Positions 36,466 through 48,061 of a stretch of 64,000 bases of DNA are shown here, in pieces (position 1 is the stretch's first letter; every line of letters begins with the position of its first letter). The notes under the pieces were generated by a model that worked only from the letters and a program-made list of their open reading frames with translations, was not told the origin of the DNA and searched no databases. This stretch comes from Eledone cirrhosa (Eukaryota). The stretch lies in assembly GCA_964016885.1 (NCBI GenBank), contig OZ024759.1, positions 7,812,001 to 7,876,000 on the forward strand. The letters are read 5' to 3'. The position numbers and the translations under genes are program-made.

Positions 36466-36799
36466 GGAGGCACATGGCTTAGTGGTTAGAGCATTGGCTT
36501 TGCAATCGAAAGGTTGTGAGTTCAATTCTCAGACCGGGTGATGTGTTGTTTCCTTGAGCAAGACACTTTATTTCACATTGCTCCAGTTTACTCAGCTGTA
36601 GAAATGAGATGATAGGGACTGGGGTCCCTATCATTCCACTGCAAAGTGGTCATGGAGGTGCCACGGCAAAAAAGCACCCAGCACTCACTGTAAATGAGGT
36701 TGGTGTTAGGAAGGGCATCCAGCTGTAGAAATCAAGCCAGAATCAGTTCCCGTCCCACCCTTGCAAGCAGGGAAAGGTGGACATAAAATGATGATGATG

Positions 36800-36800
<1 letters not shown>
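36466..36800 (+). mobile_element. Full-length tRNA-derived SINE (CORE/Meta-like domain) with RTE-derived tail
   Basis: A-box tggcttagtggt, B-box gagttcaattc, ccttgagcaagacactt domain, tail shared with the RTE 3' UTR, (GAT)n end. Confidence 0.9.
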
Positions 36801-36830
<30 letters not shown>

Positions 36831-36855
36831 AGTATATGTGTATATATATACATAA

Positions 36856-37352
36856 GAATTTAGTGTAAAAGTTGGTGATCATCAAGGCTCTGTCCTTAGC
36901 CCCCTCCTGTTTATTAATGCCCTTCAGCAGTGGAGAAGGGTGCTCTGAAAGTACAGTAGCCAGAGTCAGAACGGGGTGGAAAAAGTTCAGAGAGCTTATA
37001 CCACTGTTGGCCGCTAAAGGGTTCTCTCTAAAAATGAAAGGCAAACTGTATGATGCCTGTATATGAACAGCAATTCTACATGGCAGTGAGACCTGGGCAT
37101 TGTGTGCAGAAAACCTGCGCAGCTGGAAAGGGACGATGCATGCTTCGTTGGATGTGTAATAGTAACATACGTGAATGGCAAAGCATAAATGAACTAAGTG
37201 AGAAATTAGGAATAAGAGGGATCAGATGCTGTTTACTGGAGAGAAGACTACATTGGTATGGTTACGTGATGCGCATGAAAGACGACTGCTGTGTAAAAAA
37301 GTGCAGGGCAATCAAAATTGATGGAAGTTACAGAGTAGGCAGACCCAGAAAA
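36856..37352 (+). mobile_element. Decayed RTE RT fragment with internal deletion
   Basis: GCSESTVARVRTGWKKFREL, LRWMCNSNIRE; stops and frameshifts. Confidence 0.88.
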
Positions 37353-37501
37353 TGGAGCAAACATCACGAGCACTCTATCTCAAAATTATTTTTGAAAAGC
37401 ATTAGAAATGCGCAACCGGTAAAAACTTAAAACTAAAACTGACTACTAACCAATACTTATTACTAATTTATACTTATTCCTAATTAAACTATTTTTCACT
37501 G
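37353..37501. repeat. Unclassified dispersed repeat; inverted copy at 61772-61917
   Basis: gagcaaacatcacg...aaaagcattagaaatgcgcaaccggtaaaaact matches the reverse complement of the second site. Confidence 0.8.
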
Positions 37502-37589
37502 GGAAAATTTTCTTTTCCTTTGTATTAATATATCACAACTCGTGTGTCACACCTCTATTTTTTTTAAATATATATATATATACATATAC

Positions 37590-37705
<116 letters not shown>

Positions 37706-37902
37706 ATATACATATATATATATATTAAAGTGTTAAACAATATTCAATGAGTATGTCAAAGAATGAGTTTTACAGTAGATTGGAAGCACTCTACGGTAAA
37801 ATAATTTTCCGGAGTTATTAATATTAAAATATAAATATTACTATATATATATATATTAAAATATAAATATTAATAAAATAGATTTTCTTTTGATCAATTA
37901 CA

Positions 37903-37953
37903 TTTTATTATACATATTTCGGATGTACAACAGTACGTCCTCATCAGACAAAA
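37903..37953 (-). ncRNA. Minimal type I hammerhead ribozyme
   Basis: Minus strand ttttgt-CTGATGA-ggacgtactgttgtacatcc-GAAA-tatgta-TA-ataaaa; same family as 24642. Confidence 0.75.
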
Positions 37954-38808
37954 TATAACGATACATGACATACCCTGAGATGTTAAATGGTTAAGATTTA
38001 ATCAAGGTAGTGATTAACCCGAGAGAAAATTTTACTTATATACCCTAATTATGAGAAAATGCGAAAACGTAATAAATTCATTAGAGAATGTGTGAGTAAG
38101 AAAAACGTTGTTTATTGTAACTGTTCTAGAGGTTTTAAAATGTATGATACCACGATATATCTAGGAAAACGTCTCATGAATCATAACACCCAGTGATAGC
38201 CACTGGAAAAGGATTTATAAAGAGGGAAAGATAAAGGGGGGGGGGGTGATATATGCAGAAGGAGATTTTTTCCGAAGTTAAACGGTTCAATTTGAAGATA
38301 TTTAATTTATAATATTAGGGTGAAGACTCCAGATTTCAGGATTATTTGCTGGTTATTTATATATATGTTTTATAAATTCGATAAGTGTGTTATCATTTTT
38401 AAGGTTCTGAATTTTATGAGGGTAACTTTTAAAGGATTTAGCTGGCACATAAAGAATGAAATATTATACTGTTGATTATTTACCTAAATTTAAACTTTAA
38501 CAAAGATACCAACATATTAGGTATGTAAAGCTTTTGAAGTACTTATTGTTATAAATATTTAAATAACTATTATGTGTATAGGTATATATTAATGAGCCAG
38601 TATGTTTAAGGTAAATAATTGTTTCTACTTTTGGCACAAGGCCATCAATTATCCCAGTGCATTTAAGGTAAATAATACCGGCGAAGATAAAAATAAAATA
38701 AGATAATAGATGAGGCATGTTAAGGATAAATATACACCTATGTATAACTGGGTGTAAATGTACTAATTATTCTTCAACCAAGATATCAACATATTATTAG
38801 ATATAGGG

Positions 38809-38847
<39 letters not shown>

Positions 38848-38949
38848 ACATTTCTATTTAAAGTTGTTGGATACAACAAGTAAATATATTTATAACCGAT
38901 ATAAAGCACTCGACAAATTTTTGGAGTAGATATACGATATTAATAAATG

Positions 38950-40351
38950 GAAACTATATTTATAAAACCATATTTATTTCATTATACATATTTCAGGCAT
39001 ACCACATTAAATTTTGGTATGCCTTCATCAGATAAAATACAATATATAACAGTTTTACAAATAGGTTTGACGTACCCTTTAAAAAATACAGCCATTACTT
39101 TTGTAGGCTGTCTGGATAGTGATTTGTTTATATAATAAGTCATAGTGTTAAGCACAATTAGAAAAAGACGGAGATAAAGGAAGAGAAAAGAACAAAGACA
39201 GAGAGATAGAAAGAAAAGGAAAGAGAAAGAAAACCTGGAGAAATATCGGAGAGAGAGAAAAATGTATGGAGAAAAGAAAGAGATAGATATAGATAGGAGG
39301 AAATAAAAAAGAAAAGGAAGGAATAAGAAAAACAAAGGAAAGCAACAGAGAGATATCAATTCATCATACAGAAAGAGAAACTCAAGAGAGAGAAATACTA
39401 TATAGAGAGAAGGGGACAGTGACAACTTTACGTCATGTCATATTAAGTTTAGTTAACAATTTATATGAAATGAATAATAAAAATATAAATATAAGTATCA
39501 ATATTCATGAATGGGACATAGATATATAATATGAGAAATCAAACATTGTTCAATAATGACCACATGTTTAATTTAGAAACTTGAGATCAATATACCAAAA
39601 TCCGAGTTCAAAATGTACCCTGAATAAATTGTTCCTCAGATTAAGGGAATTTTTGGACTTTAATATAAAGAATATTTCTTCAATACAAAGATCGCAATTC
39701 TCTGAAGAGGAATTAAAAGGAGTAGCTTCTGAGATAATATTCCAATTCGTCGAATATTTAATATTATCTTGTTTTAGGTCCCATAGTAGGCTAGATAGCG
39801 AAGTTGAAGATTTTTTGTTTGGATCTGTGAAAGAATTCTTATGATTATTGAAGCGAAATTTAAATTCTGTAGAGGTGGAACCAACATAGTTAAAAGAATT
39901 TAAATTAGTTTTAACATTACAATTGTACACTACATTTTTAGCTACGTGCGTATCTATATGTATGTATATATACATATATATTTGTATGTACTTACATGAA
40001 ATACTAATCTCTATAGCAAGGGTACATTTTGAACTCAGATTTTGGTATATTGATCTCAAGTTTCTAAATTAAACATGTGGTCATTATTGAACAATGTTTG
40101 ATTTCTCATATTATATATCTATGTCCCATTCATGAATATTGATACTTATATTTATATTTTTATTATTCATTTCATATAAATTGTTAACTAAACTTAATAT
40201 GACATGACGTAAAGTTGTCACTGTCCCCTTCTCTCTATATAGTATTTCTCTCTCTTGAGTTTATCTTTCTGTATGATGAATTGATATCTCTCTGTTGCTT
40301 TCCTTTGTTTTTCTTATTCCCTCCTTTTCTTTTTTATTTCCTCCTATCTAT
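38950..40351 (-). mobile_element. Penelope-like element 3' remnant (GIY-YIG C-terminus + 3' UTR) with inverted partial duplication
   Basis: NVVY...YVGSTSTEFKFRFNNHKNSF...CDLCIEE in 39568-39945; 40019-40351 is the reverse complement of 39289-39620. Confidence 0.85.
38975..39039 (-). ncRNA. Minimal type I hammerhead ribozyme in a Penelope-like 3' region
   Basis: Minus strand tattttat-CTGATGA-aggcatacca/tggtatgcct (10-bp stem II)-GAAA-tatgta-TA-atgaaata. Confidence 0.78.
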
Positions 40352-41291
40352 GAGATATTATGTGAGGTAAAGCCTTTACAGTGAAAATACAATAGTATAT
40401 ATAGAGTAATGTAAATGTTATGTGAGATATTATGTGAGGTAAAGCCTTTACTGTGAAAATACAATAGTATATATAGAGTAATGTAAATGTTATGTGAGAT
40501 ATTATGTGAGGTAAAGCCGTTACTGTGAAAATACAGTAGTATATATAGAGTAATGTAAATGTTATGAGATATTATGTGAGGTAAAGCCTTTACTGTGAAA
40601 ATACAATAGTAAATATAGAGTAATGTAAATGTTATGTGAGATATTATGTGAGGTAAAGCCTTTACTGTGAAAATACAATAGTATATATAGAGTAATGTAA
40701 ATGTTATGTGAGATATTATGTGAGGTAAAGCCTTTACTGTGAAAATACAATAGTATATATAGAGTAATGTAAATGTTATGTGAGATATTATGTGAGGTAA
40801 AGCCTTTACTGTGAAAATACAATAGTATATATAGAGTAATGTAAATGTTATGTGAGATATTATGTGAGGTAAAGCCTTTACTGTGAAAATACAATAGTAT
40901 ATATAGAGTAATGTAAATGTTATGTGAGATATTATGTGAGGTAAAGCCTTTACTGTGAAAATACAATAGTATATATAGAGTAATGTAAATGTTATGTGAG
41001 GTATTATGTGAGGTAAAGCCTTTACTGTGACAATACAATAGTATATATAGAGTAATGTAAATGTTATGTGAGGTATTATGTGAGGTAAAGCCTTTACTGT
41101 GACAATACAATAGTATATATAGAGTAATGTAAATGTTATGTGAGGTATTATGTGAGGTAAAGCCTTTACTGTGACAATACAATAGTATATATAGAGTAAT
41201 GTAAATGTTATGTGAGGTATTATGTGAGGTAAAGACTTTACTGTGACAATACAATAGTATATATAGAGTAATGTAAATCCTAAAGTGTTAA
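40351..41291. repeat. 72-bp AT-rich minisatellite, about 13 copies, derived from the MITE 3' end
   Basis: Unit gagatattatgtgaggtaaagcctttactgtgaaaatacaatagtatatatagagtaatgtaaatgttatgt; ends in TIR taaatcctaaagtgttaa; aligns to 19695-19783. Confidence 0.92.
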
Positions 41292-41384
41292 TACAAGTAT
41301 GAGCAGCTAGTTATGACTGGTTTAAAGAGAAAGAGGTGTGAGTGTTCTGGCCAGATATAGCCGGTTTAAATGTTAAAGGGTTAA
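41292..41384 (-). mobile_element. Inverted 5' portion of the TTAA MITE
   Basis: ccggtttaaatgttaaagggttaa is the reverse complement of the MITE left end. Confidence 0.75.
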
Positions 41385-41427
41385 TGATGATGATGGTTTA
41401 TCTGTGTTCTCTTTCAATATTCTCCAG

Positions 41428-41539
41428 GCAATGATCACCATGGTACCTGAAGCTTGGCAGAACGACAAGAATATGTTACCTGAGAAGAAAGCATTCTACA
41501 AATGGAGTGCACACACAATGGAACCATGGGATGGGCCAG
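41428..41539 (+). CDS. GLT1: Glutamate synthase exon G
   Basis: ctccag|GCA...GGGCCAG|gtaaat; [13 protein letters not shown]...MEPWDGP(A), containing the PEAW and EPWDGPA signatures. Confidence 0.97.
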
Positions 41540-44500
41540 GTAAATCTTCTAACTGTCTGGATGGGGGGGGGGGATTATTGACCAGGTAAACCTTCTGTCT
41601 GGTTGGGTGAGAGATTATTGACCAGGTAAACCTTCTGTCTGGTTGGGTGGGAGATTATTGACCAGGTAAACCTTCTGTCTGGTTGGGTGGGAGATTATTG
41701 ACCAGGTAAACCTTCTGTCTGGGGGGAGGGGGAGATAATTGACCAGGTAAACCTTGTGTCTGGTTGGGTGGGAGATACTTGACCAGGTAAACCTTCTGTC
41801 TGGTTGGGTGGGAGATACTTGACCAGGTAAACCTTCTGTCTGGTTGGGTGGGAGATACTTGACCAGGTAAACCTTCTGTCTGGTTGGGTGGGAGATACTT
41901 GACCAGGTAAACCTTCTGTCTGGTTGGGTGGGAGATAATTGACCAGGTAAACCTTCTGTCTGGTTGGGTGGGAGATTATTGACCAGGTAAACCTTATGTC
42001 TGGTTGGGTGGGAGATACTTGACCAGGTAAACCTTCTGTCTGGTTGGGTGGGAGATAATTGACCAGGTAAACCTTCTGTCTGGTTGGGTGGGAGATTCTT
42101 GACCAGGTAAACCTTCTGTCTGGTTGGGTGGGAGATAATTGACCAGGTAAACCTTCTGTCTGGGGGGAGGGTGAGATTATTGACCAGGTAAACCTTCTGT
42201 CTGGTTGGGTGGGAGATTATTGACCAGGTAAACTTTCTGTCTGGTTGGGTGGGAGATTATTGACCAGGTAAACCTTCTGTCTGGTTGGGTGGGAGATTAT
42301 TGACCAGGTAAACCTTCTGTCTGGGGGGAGGGGGAGATTATTGACCAGGTACACCTTCTGTCTGGTTGGGTGAGAGATTATTGACCAGGTAAACCTTCTG
42401 TCTGGGGGGAGGGGGAGATTATTGACCAGGTAAACCTTCTGTCTGGTTGGGTGGGAGATTATTGACCAGGTAAACCTTCTGTCTGGTTGGGTGGGAGATT
42501 ATTGACCAGGTAAACCTTCTGTCTGGTTGGGTGGGAGATTATTGACCAGGTAAACCTTCTGTCTGGTTGGGTGGGAGATTATTGACCAGGTAAACCTTCT
42601 GTCTGGTTGGGTGGGAGATTATTGACCAGGTAAACCTTCTGTCTGGGGGGAGGGGGAGATTATTGACCAGGTAAACCTTCTGTCTGGTTGGGTGGGAGAT
42701 TATTGACCAGGTAAACCTTCTGTCTGGTTGGGTGGGAGATTATTGACCAGGTAAACCTTCTGTCTGGTTGGGTGGGAGATACTTGACCAGGTAAACCTTC
42801 TGTCTGGTTGGGTGGGAGATTATTGACCAGGTAAACCTTCTGTCTGGTTGGGTGGGAGATTATTGACCAGGTAAACCTTCTGTCTGGTTGGGTGAGAGAT
42901 TATTGACCAGGTAAACCTTCTGTCTGGTTGGGTGGGAGATTATTGACCAGGTAAACCTTCTGTCTGGTTGGGTGGGAGATTATTGACCAGGTAAACCTTC
43001 TGTCTGGTTGGGTGGGAGATAATTGACCAGGTAAACCTTCTGTCTGGTTGGGTGGGAGATTATTGACCAGGTAAACCTTCTGTCTGGTTGGGTGGGAGAT
43101 TATTGACCAGGTAAACCTTCTGTCTGGGGGGAGGGGGAGATTATTGACCAGGTAAACCTTCTGTCTGGTTGGGTGGGAGATACTTGACCAGGTAAACTTT
43201 CTGTCTGGTTGGGTGGGAGATTATTGACCAGGTAAACCTTCTGTCTGGTTGGGTGGGAGATTATTGACCAGGTAAACCTTCTGTCTGGTTGGGTGGGAGA
43301 TTATTGACCAGGTAAACCTTCTGTCTGGTTGGGTGGGAGATTATTGACCAGGTAAACCTTCTGTCTGGTTGGGTGGGAGATTATTGACCAGGTAAACCTT
43401 CTGTCTGGGGGGAGGGGGAGATTGTTGACCAGGTAAACCTTCTGTCTGGTTGGGTGAGAGATTATTGACCAGGTAAACCTTCTGTCTGGTTGGGTGGGAG
43501 ATTATTGACCAGGTAAACCTTCTGTCTGGTTGGGTGGGAGATTATTGACCAGGTAAACCTTCTGTCTGGTTGGGTGAGAGATTATTGACCAGGTAAACCT
43601 TCTGTCTGGTTGGGTGGGAGGTAATTGACCAGGTAAACCTTCTGTCTGGGGGGAGGGGGAGATAATTGACCAGGTAAACCTTCTGTCTGGTTGGGTGGGA
43701 GATTATTGACCAGGTAAACCTTCTGTCTGGGGGGAGGGAGATTATTGACCAGGTAAACCTTCTGTCTGGTTGGGTGGGAGATACTTGACCAGGTAAACCT
43801 TCTGTCTGGTTGGGTGGGAGATTATTGACCAGGTAAACCTTCTGTCTGGTTGGGTGGGAGATTATTGACCAGGTAAACCTTCTGTCTGGTTGGGTGGGAG
43901 ATTATTGACCAGGTAAACCTTCTGTCTGGTTGGGTGAGAGATAATTGACCAGGTAAACCTTCTGTCTGGTTGGGTGGGAGATTATTGACCAGGTAAACTT
44001 TCTGTCTGGGGGGAGGGAGATTATTGACCAGGTAAACCTTCTGTCTGGTTGGGTGGGAGATACTTGACCAGGTAAACCTTCTGTCTGGTTGGGTGGGAGA
44101 TAATTGACCAGGTAAACCTTCTGTCTGGTTGGGTGGGAGATTATTGACCAGGTAAACCTTCTGTCTGGTTGGGTGGGAGATACTTGACCAGGTAAACCTT
44201 CTGTCTGGTTGGGTGGGAGATAATTGACCAGGTAAACCTTCTGTCTGGTTGGGTGGGAGATTATTGACCAGGTAAACCTTCTGTCTGGTTGGGTGGGAGA
44301 TACTAGACCAGGTAAACCTTCTGTCTGGTTGGGTGGGAGATAATTGACCAGGTAAACCTTCTGTCTGGTTGGCTGGGAGATTATTGACCAGGTAAACCTT
44401 CTGTCTGGTTGGGTGGGAGATACTTGACCAGGTAAACCTTCTGTCTGGTTGGGTGGGAGATAATTGACCAGGTAAACCTTCTGTCTGGTTGGGTGGGAGA

Positions 44501-44801
44501 TTATTGACCAGGTAAACCTTCTGTCTGGTTGGGTGGGAGATACTTGACCAGGTAAACCTTCTGTCTGGTTGGGTGGGAGATAATTGACCAGGTAAACCTT
44601 CTGTCTGGTTGGCTGGGAGATTATTGACCAGGTAAACCTTCTGTCTGGTTGGGTGGGAGATACTTGACCAGGTAAACCTTCTGTCTGGGGGGGGGGGAGA
44701 TACTTGACCAGGTAAACCTTCTGTCTGGAGGGGGGGGGGGTATTATTGACCAGGTAAACCTTCTGTCTCGATAGGTGGGAGATAATTGACCAGGTAAACC
44801 T
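41536..44801 (+). repeat. 40-bp G-rich minisatellite, about 80 copies, each with CCAG|GTAAAC
   Basis: Unit gaccaggtaaaccttctgtctggttgggtgggagattatt; the first, diverged unit overlaps the real exon G donor. Confidence 0.97.
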
Positions 44802-44877
44802 ACTACCAGTATGTGGGGTGGGGCAATAAATTGGGGGCAGTGATTGGTTAACATTGGCTCTGTGTAGGTGGGGCCTG

Positions 44878-45252
44878 TTGCAGTGTGGTGTGGGGAGGGA
44901 CCAAACTGTAGTGGTGTGCAGAGGGGCCAGACTATAGTGGTGTGGGGAGGTGCCAGACTGTAGTGGTGTGGGAAGGGGCCAAGCTGCACTGGTGTGGGGA
45001 GGAGCCAAGCTGCAGTGGTGTGGGGAGGGGCCAAGCTGCACTGGTGTGGGGAGGAGCCAAGCTGCAGTGGTGTGGGGAGGGGCCAAGCTGCAGTGGTGTG
45101 GGGAGGTGCCAAGCTGCAGTGGTGTGGGGAGGGGCCAAGCTGCAGTGGTGTGGGGAGGGGCCAAGCTGCAGTGGTGTGGGGAGGTGCCAAGCTGCAGTGG
45201 TGTGGGGAGGGGCCAAGCTGCAGTGGTGTGGGAGGGGCCAAGCTGTAGTGGT
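44878..45252. repeat. 26-bp G-rich minisatellite, about 14 copies
   Basis: Unit gctgcagtggtgtggggaggggccaa. Confidence 0.93.
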
Positions 45253-45280
45253 GATACATTATCGTTTCTTTCCCTTGCAG

Positions 45281-45435
45281 CTCTGTTTACTTTCACTGAT
45301 GGACGATACATCGGTGCAATTCTTGACCGAAATGGTCTGAGGCCGTCCAGATTCTATGTGACCAAGTCCAACCATATGTACATGGCCAGCGAAGTGGGGG
45401 TTGTTGACATACCCCCCTCAGAGATCGTCATGAAG
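45281..45435 (+). CDS. GLT1: Glutamate synthase exon H
   Basis: cccttgcag|CT...ATGAAG|gtaact; [25 protein letters not shown]...MASEVGVVD, containing the LDRNGLRP signature. Confidence 0.97.
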
Positions 45436-45486
45436 GTAACTCAAACCCTCCTCCAACTTCTTATTTATATATTTTGAAAATCAAAT

Positions 45487-46235
45487 GTGTCTGTGTCTGT
45501 GTGTGTGTGTGTCTGTGTAAGTGTCTGTGTGTGTGTAAGTGTGTGTGTGTAAGTGTTTGTGTGTAAGTGTGTATGTGTTTGTGTGTGTGTATGTTGGTAT
45601 GTGTGTGTCTGTGTGTGTGTGTGTGTATGTGTGTGTATGTGTGTGTGTCTATGTATGTGTGTGTTTCTGTGTGTATGTGTCTCTGTGTGTATGTATCTAC
45701 TATTGTACTCTTCTGATGAAGGACCAACGTCCGATATGTCGAACTTCTTTTCTTTCATCCAAAGCATGAACCTAGTTAATTCTTTTTGTATCTCTCTGTC
45801 ATTTTTATTATATACATATATATATATATGTACACACACATACATATATATATTAAGGCTATATCTACATACACACACACACACACACACATACATACAT
45901 ATACATATACGTATGTACATACGCACACACACACACATACATATATATATTAAGGCTATATGTACATACACACACACCCACATACATATATATATTAAGG
46001 CTATATCTACATACACACACACCCACACATACATATATATATTAAGGCTATATGTACATACACACACACCCACACATACATATATATATTAAGGCTATAT
46101 CTACATACACACACACCCACACATACATATATATATTAAGGCTATATCTACATACACACACACCCACACATACATATATATATTAAGGCTATATCTACAT
46201 ACACACACACCCACACATACATATATATATTAAGG
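45487..46235. repeat. (TG)n microsatellite followed by a 47-bp CA/TA-rich minisatellite
   Basis: Unit catacatatatatattaaggctatatctacatacacacacacccaca in about 45835-46235. Confidence 0.88.
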
Positions 46236-46401
46236 CACACTTAATGAGTCTTGTTACACTAGAGTTTTACCTGTTTACCTCAGTCATCAATCTGATGACT
46301 GTGGTAAACAGGTAAAACTCCTTAATATAAATGAATATTCAAACTCTACGTCAGTATTGAGTACTCCTTTTTCTCACCCATCAACTACATATATATATAT
46401 A

Positions 46402-47685
46402 AAACTTTGATAGGTTTTGACCAGTATTGGCCCAGGCCATGTCTAACTTAATAGCACCACCTGACTAAGTCTTTCAAATCAGTGTTTGGGCACCATGGCC
46501 CACTCGAGCAGAGAGTTATTGTTTATGGAGGCATATCTGGGTGTAGGAGGTTTATCCGGGATTTCTTGAAGGAATTTATCCAAAGACTTCTTGAACTTGA
46601 TGGGGTCTGTCTCTGCTTTGATGTGTTTTGGTGTAATGTTAAAGAGCGGGGTCAATTGAGGTGAAATAATTGTGCCGTATTGTTGTTATGAGATGCGAGT
46701 GAGATTTTTGTTGTGGGCAGATAGCACGGGGCCCAAGCCTTGGGTGTACCTTAAAGATGATGCCAACATCATATGGGCAAAGCTGATGGAATATTTTCCA
46801 CATCATACAGATAATGTAGCGCTCACGGCGACGTTGGAGAGAATAAAGGTTGAGCTTTTCTAATCGATTCCAATAGTCAAGGCCTGTCATGCCATCTATC
46901 TTTTGTAATTGACCTTTGAGGAGCTTCAACTTTCATGATACTTTGTTTCATGTGGGGAGACCACAGTGGACAACAGTATTCAAGGTGGGGTCGGGCAAAA
47001 GTGGAGAAGAGAAGGATAACAGTGTGGATATCTCTCAACTGAAAGGTTCTGAGAATCCAGGAACACATTCTGCGGGCCATGTCAACTTTGCTGTTTATAT
47101 GAGTGGCCCAGCTTATGTTGTTGTCCACAATTACTCCCAGGTCTCTGATGTTATTGGATGCCACTAGAGTTTCACCCGAAGGAAGAGAGTATGGGAGTTT
47201 CAGGGCATCCTCTTTTCCAAAGTGGATTAACTCGAACTTATCCTCATTCAACAGCATATTATTCTTTTCCATCCATTGGATAACAGCCAGTAGGTTTGAC
47301 TGAAGGCAAGTCTGGTCACCCACCTCATTGATGACCCTTTGGAGATTGGAATCATCTGCAAAAATTCTTATGTTCCTGTGCTTGATGATGTCAGTAATGT
47401 CATTAATGTAGATGATGAAAAGAAGTGGGCCCAACACAGTACCTTGGGGAACGCCACTGCTGACTTTGGCTGGGCTTGAATTTACTCCTTTGACTACAAC
47501 ATGTTGGGTTCTGTCTGTCAGGAAACATTTGATCCACTGTAGTAACATTCCAGAGACACCAATGTTGGATAGTCTTTTTAGTAGAATCTTATGATCAACC
47601 CTGTCAAAGGCCTTGGTGAAATCAGGGTAGATGACATCAGTGTTGGAGCCCTCTTCCAAAGCTCTCAAAATGTCATCAAGCTGTA
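46402..47685 (-). mobile_element. CR1-like LINE 3' fragment (RT), frameshifted
   Basis: DFTKAFDRVDH, SGVPQGTVLGPLLF, IFADD, RDLGVIVD, RPHLEYCCPLWSP, LYSLQRRRER. Confidence 0.9.
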
Positions 47686-47691
47686 GGTATA

Positions 47692-48032
47692 TCATCATTT
47701 CATCATCATTTCATTTTACGTCCACTTTTCCCTGCTTGCAAGGGTGGGACGGGAACTGATTCTGGTTTGATTTCTACAGCTGGATGCCCTTCCTAACCCC
47801 AACCTCATTTACAGTGAGTGCTGGGTGTTTTTTTGCCATGGCACCTCCACGACCACTTTACAGTGGAATGATAGGGACTCCAGTCCTATCATCTCATTTC
47901 TACAGCTGAGTAAACTGGAGCAATGTGAAATAAAGTGTCTTGCTCAAGGAAAGAACACATCACCCGGTCTGAGAATTGAACTCACAACCTTTCGATTGCA
48001 AGACCAATGCTCTAACCACTAAGCCATGTGCC
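47692..48032 (-). mobile_element. tRNA-derived SINE with RTE tail
   Basis: Reverse complement of 36466-36800. Confidence 0.9.
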
Positions 48033-48061
48033 TAAGTATATATAGCTTAGGTCCCTCTTGA

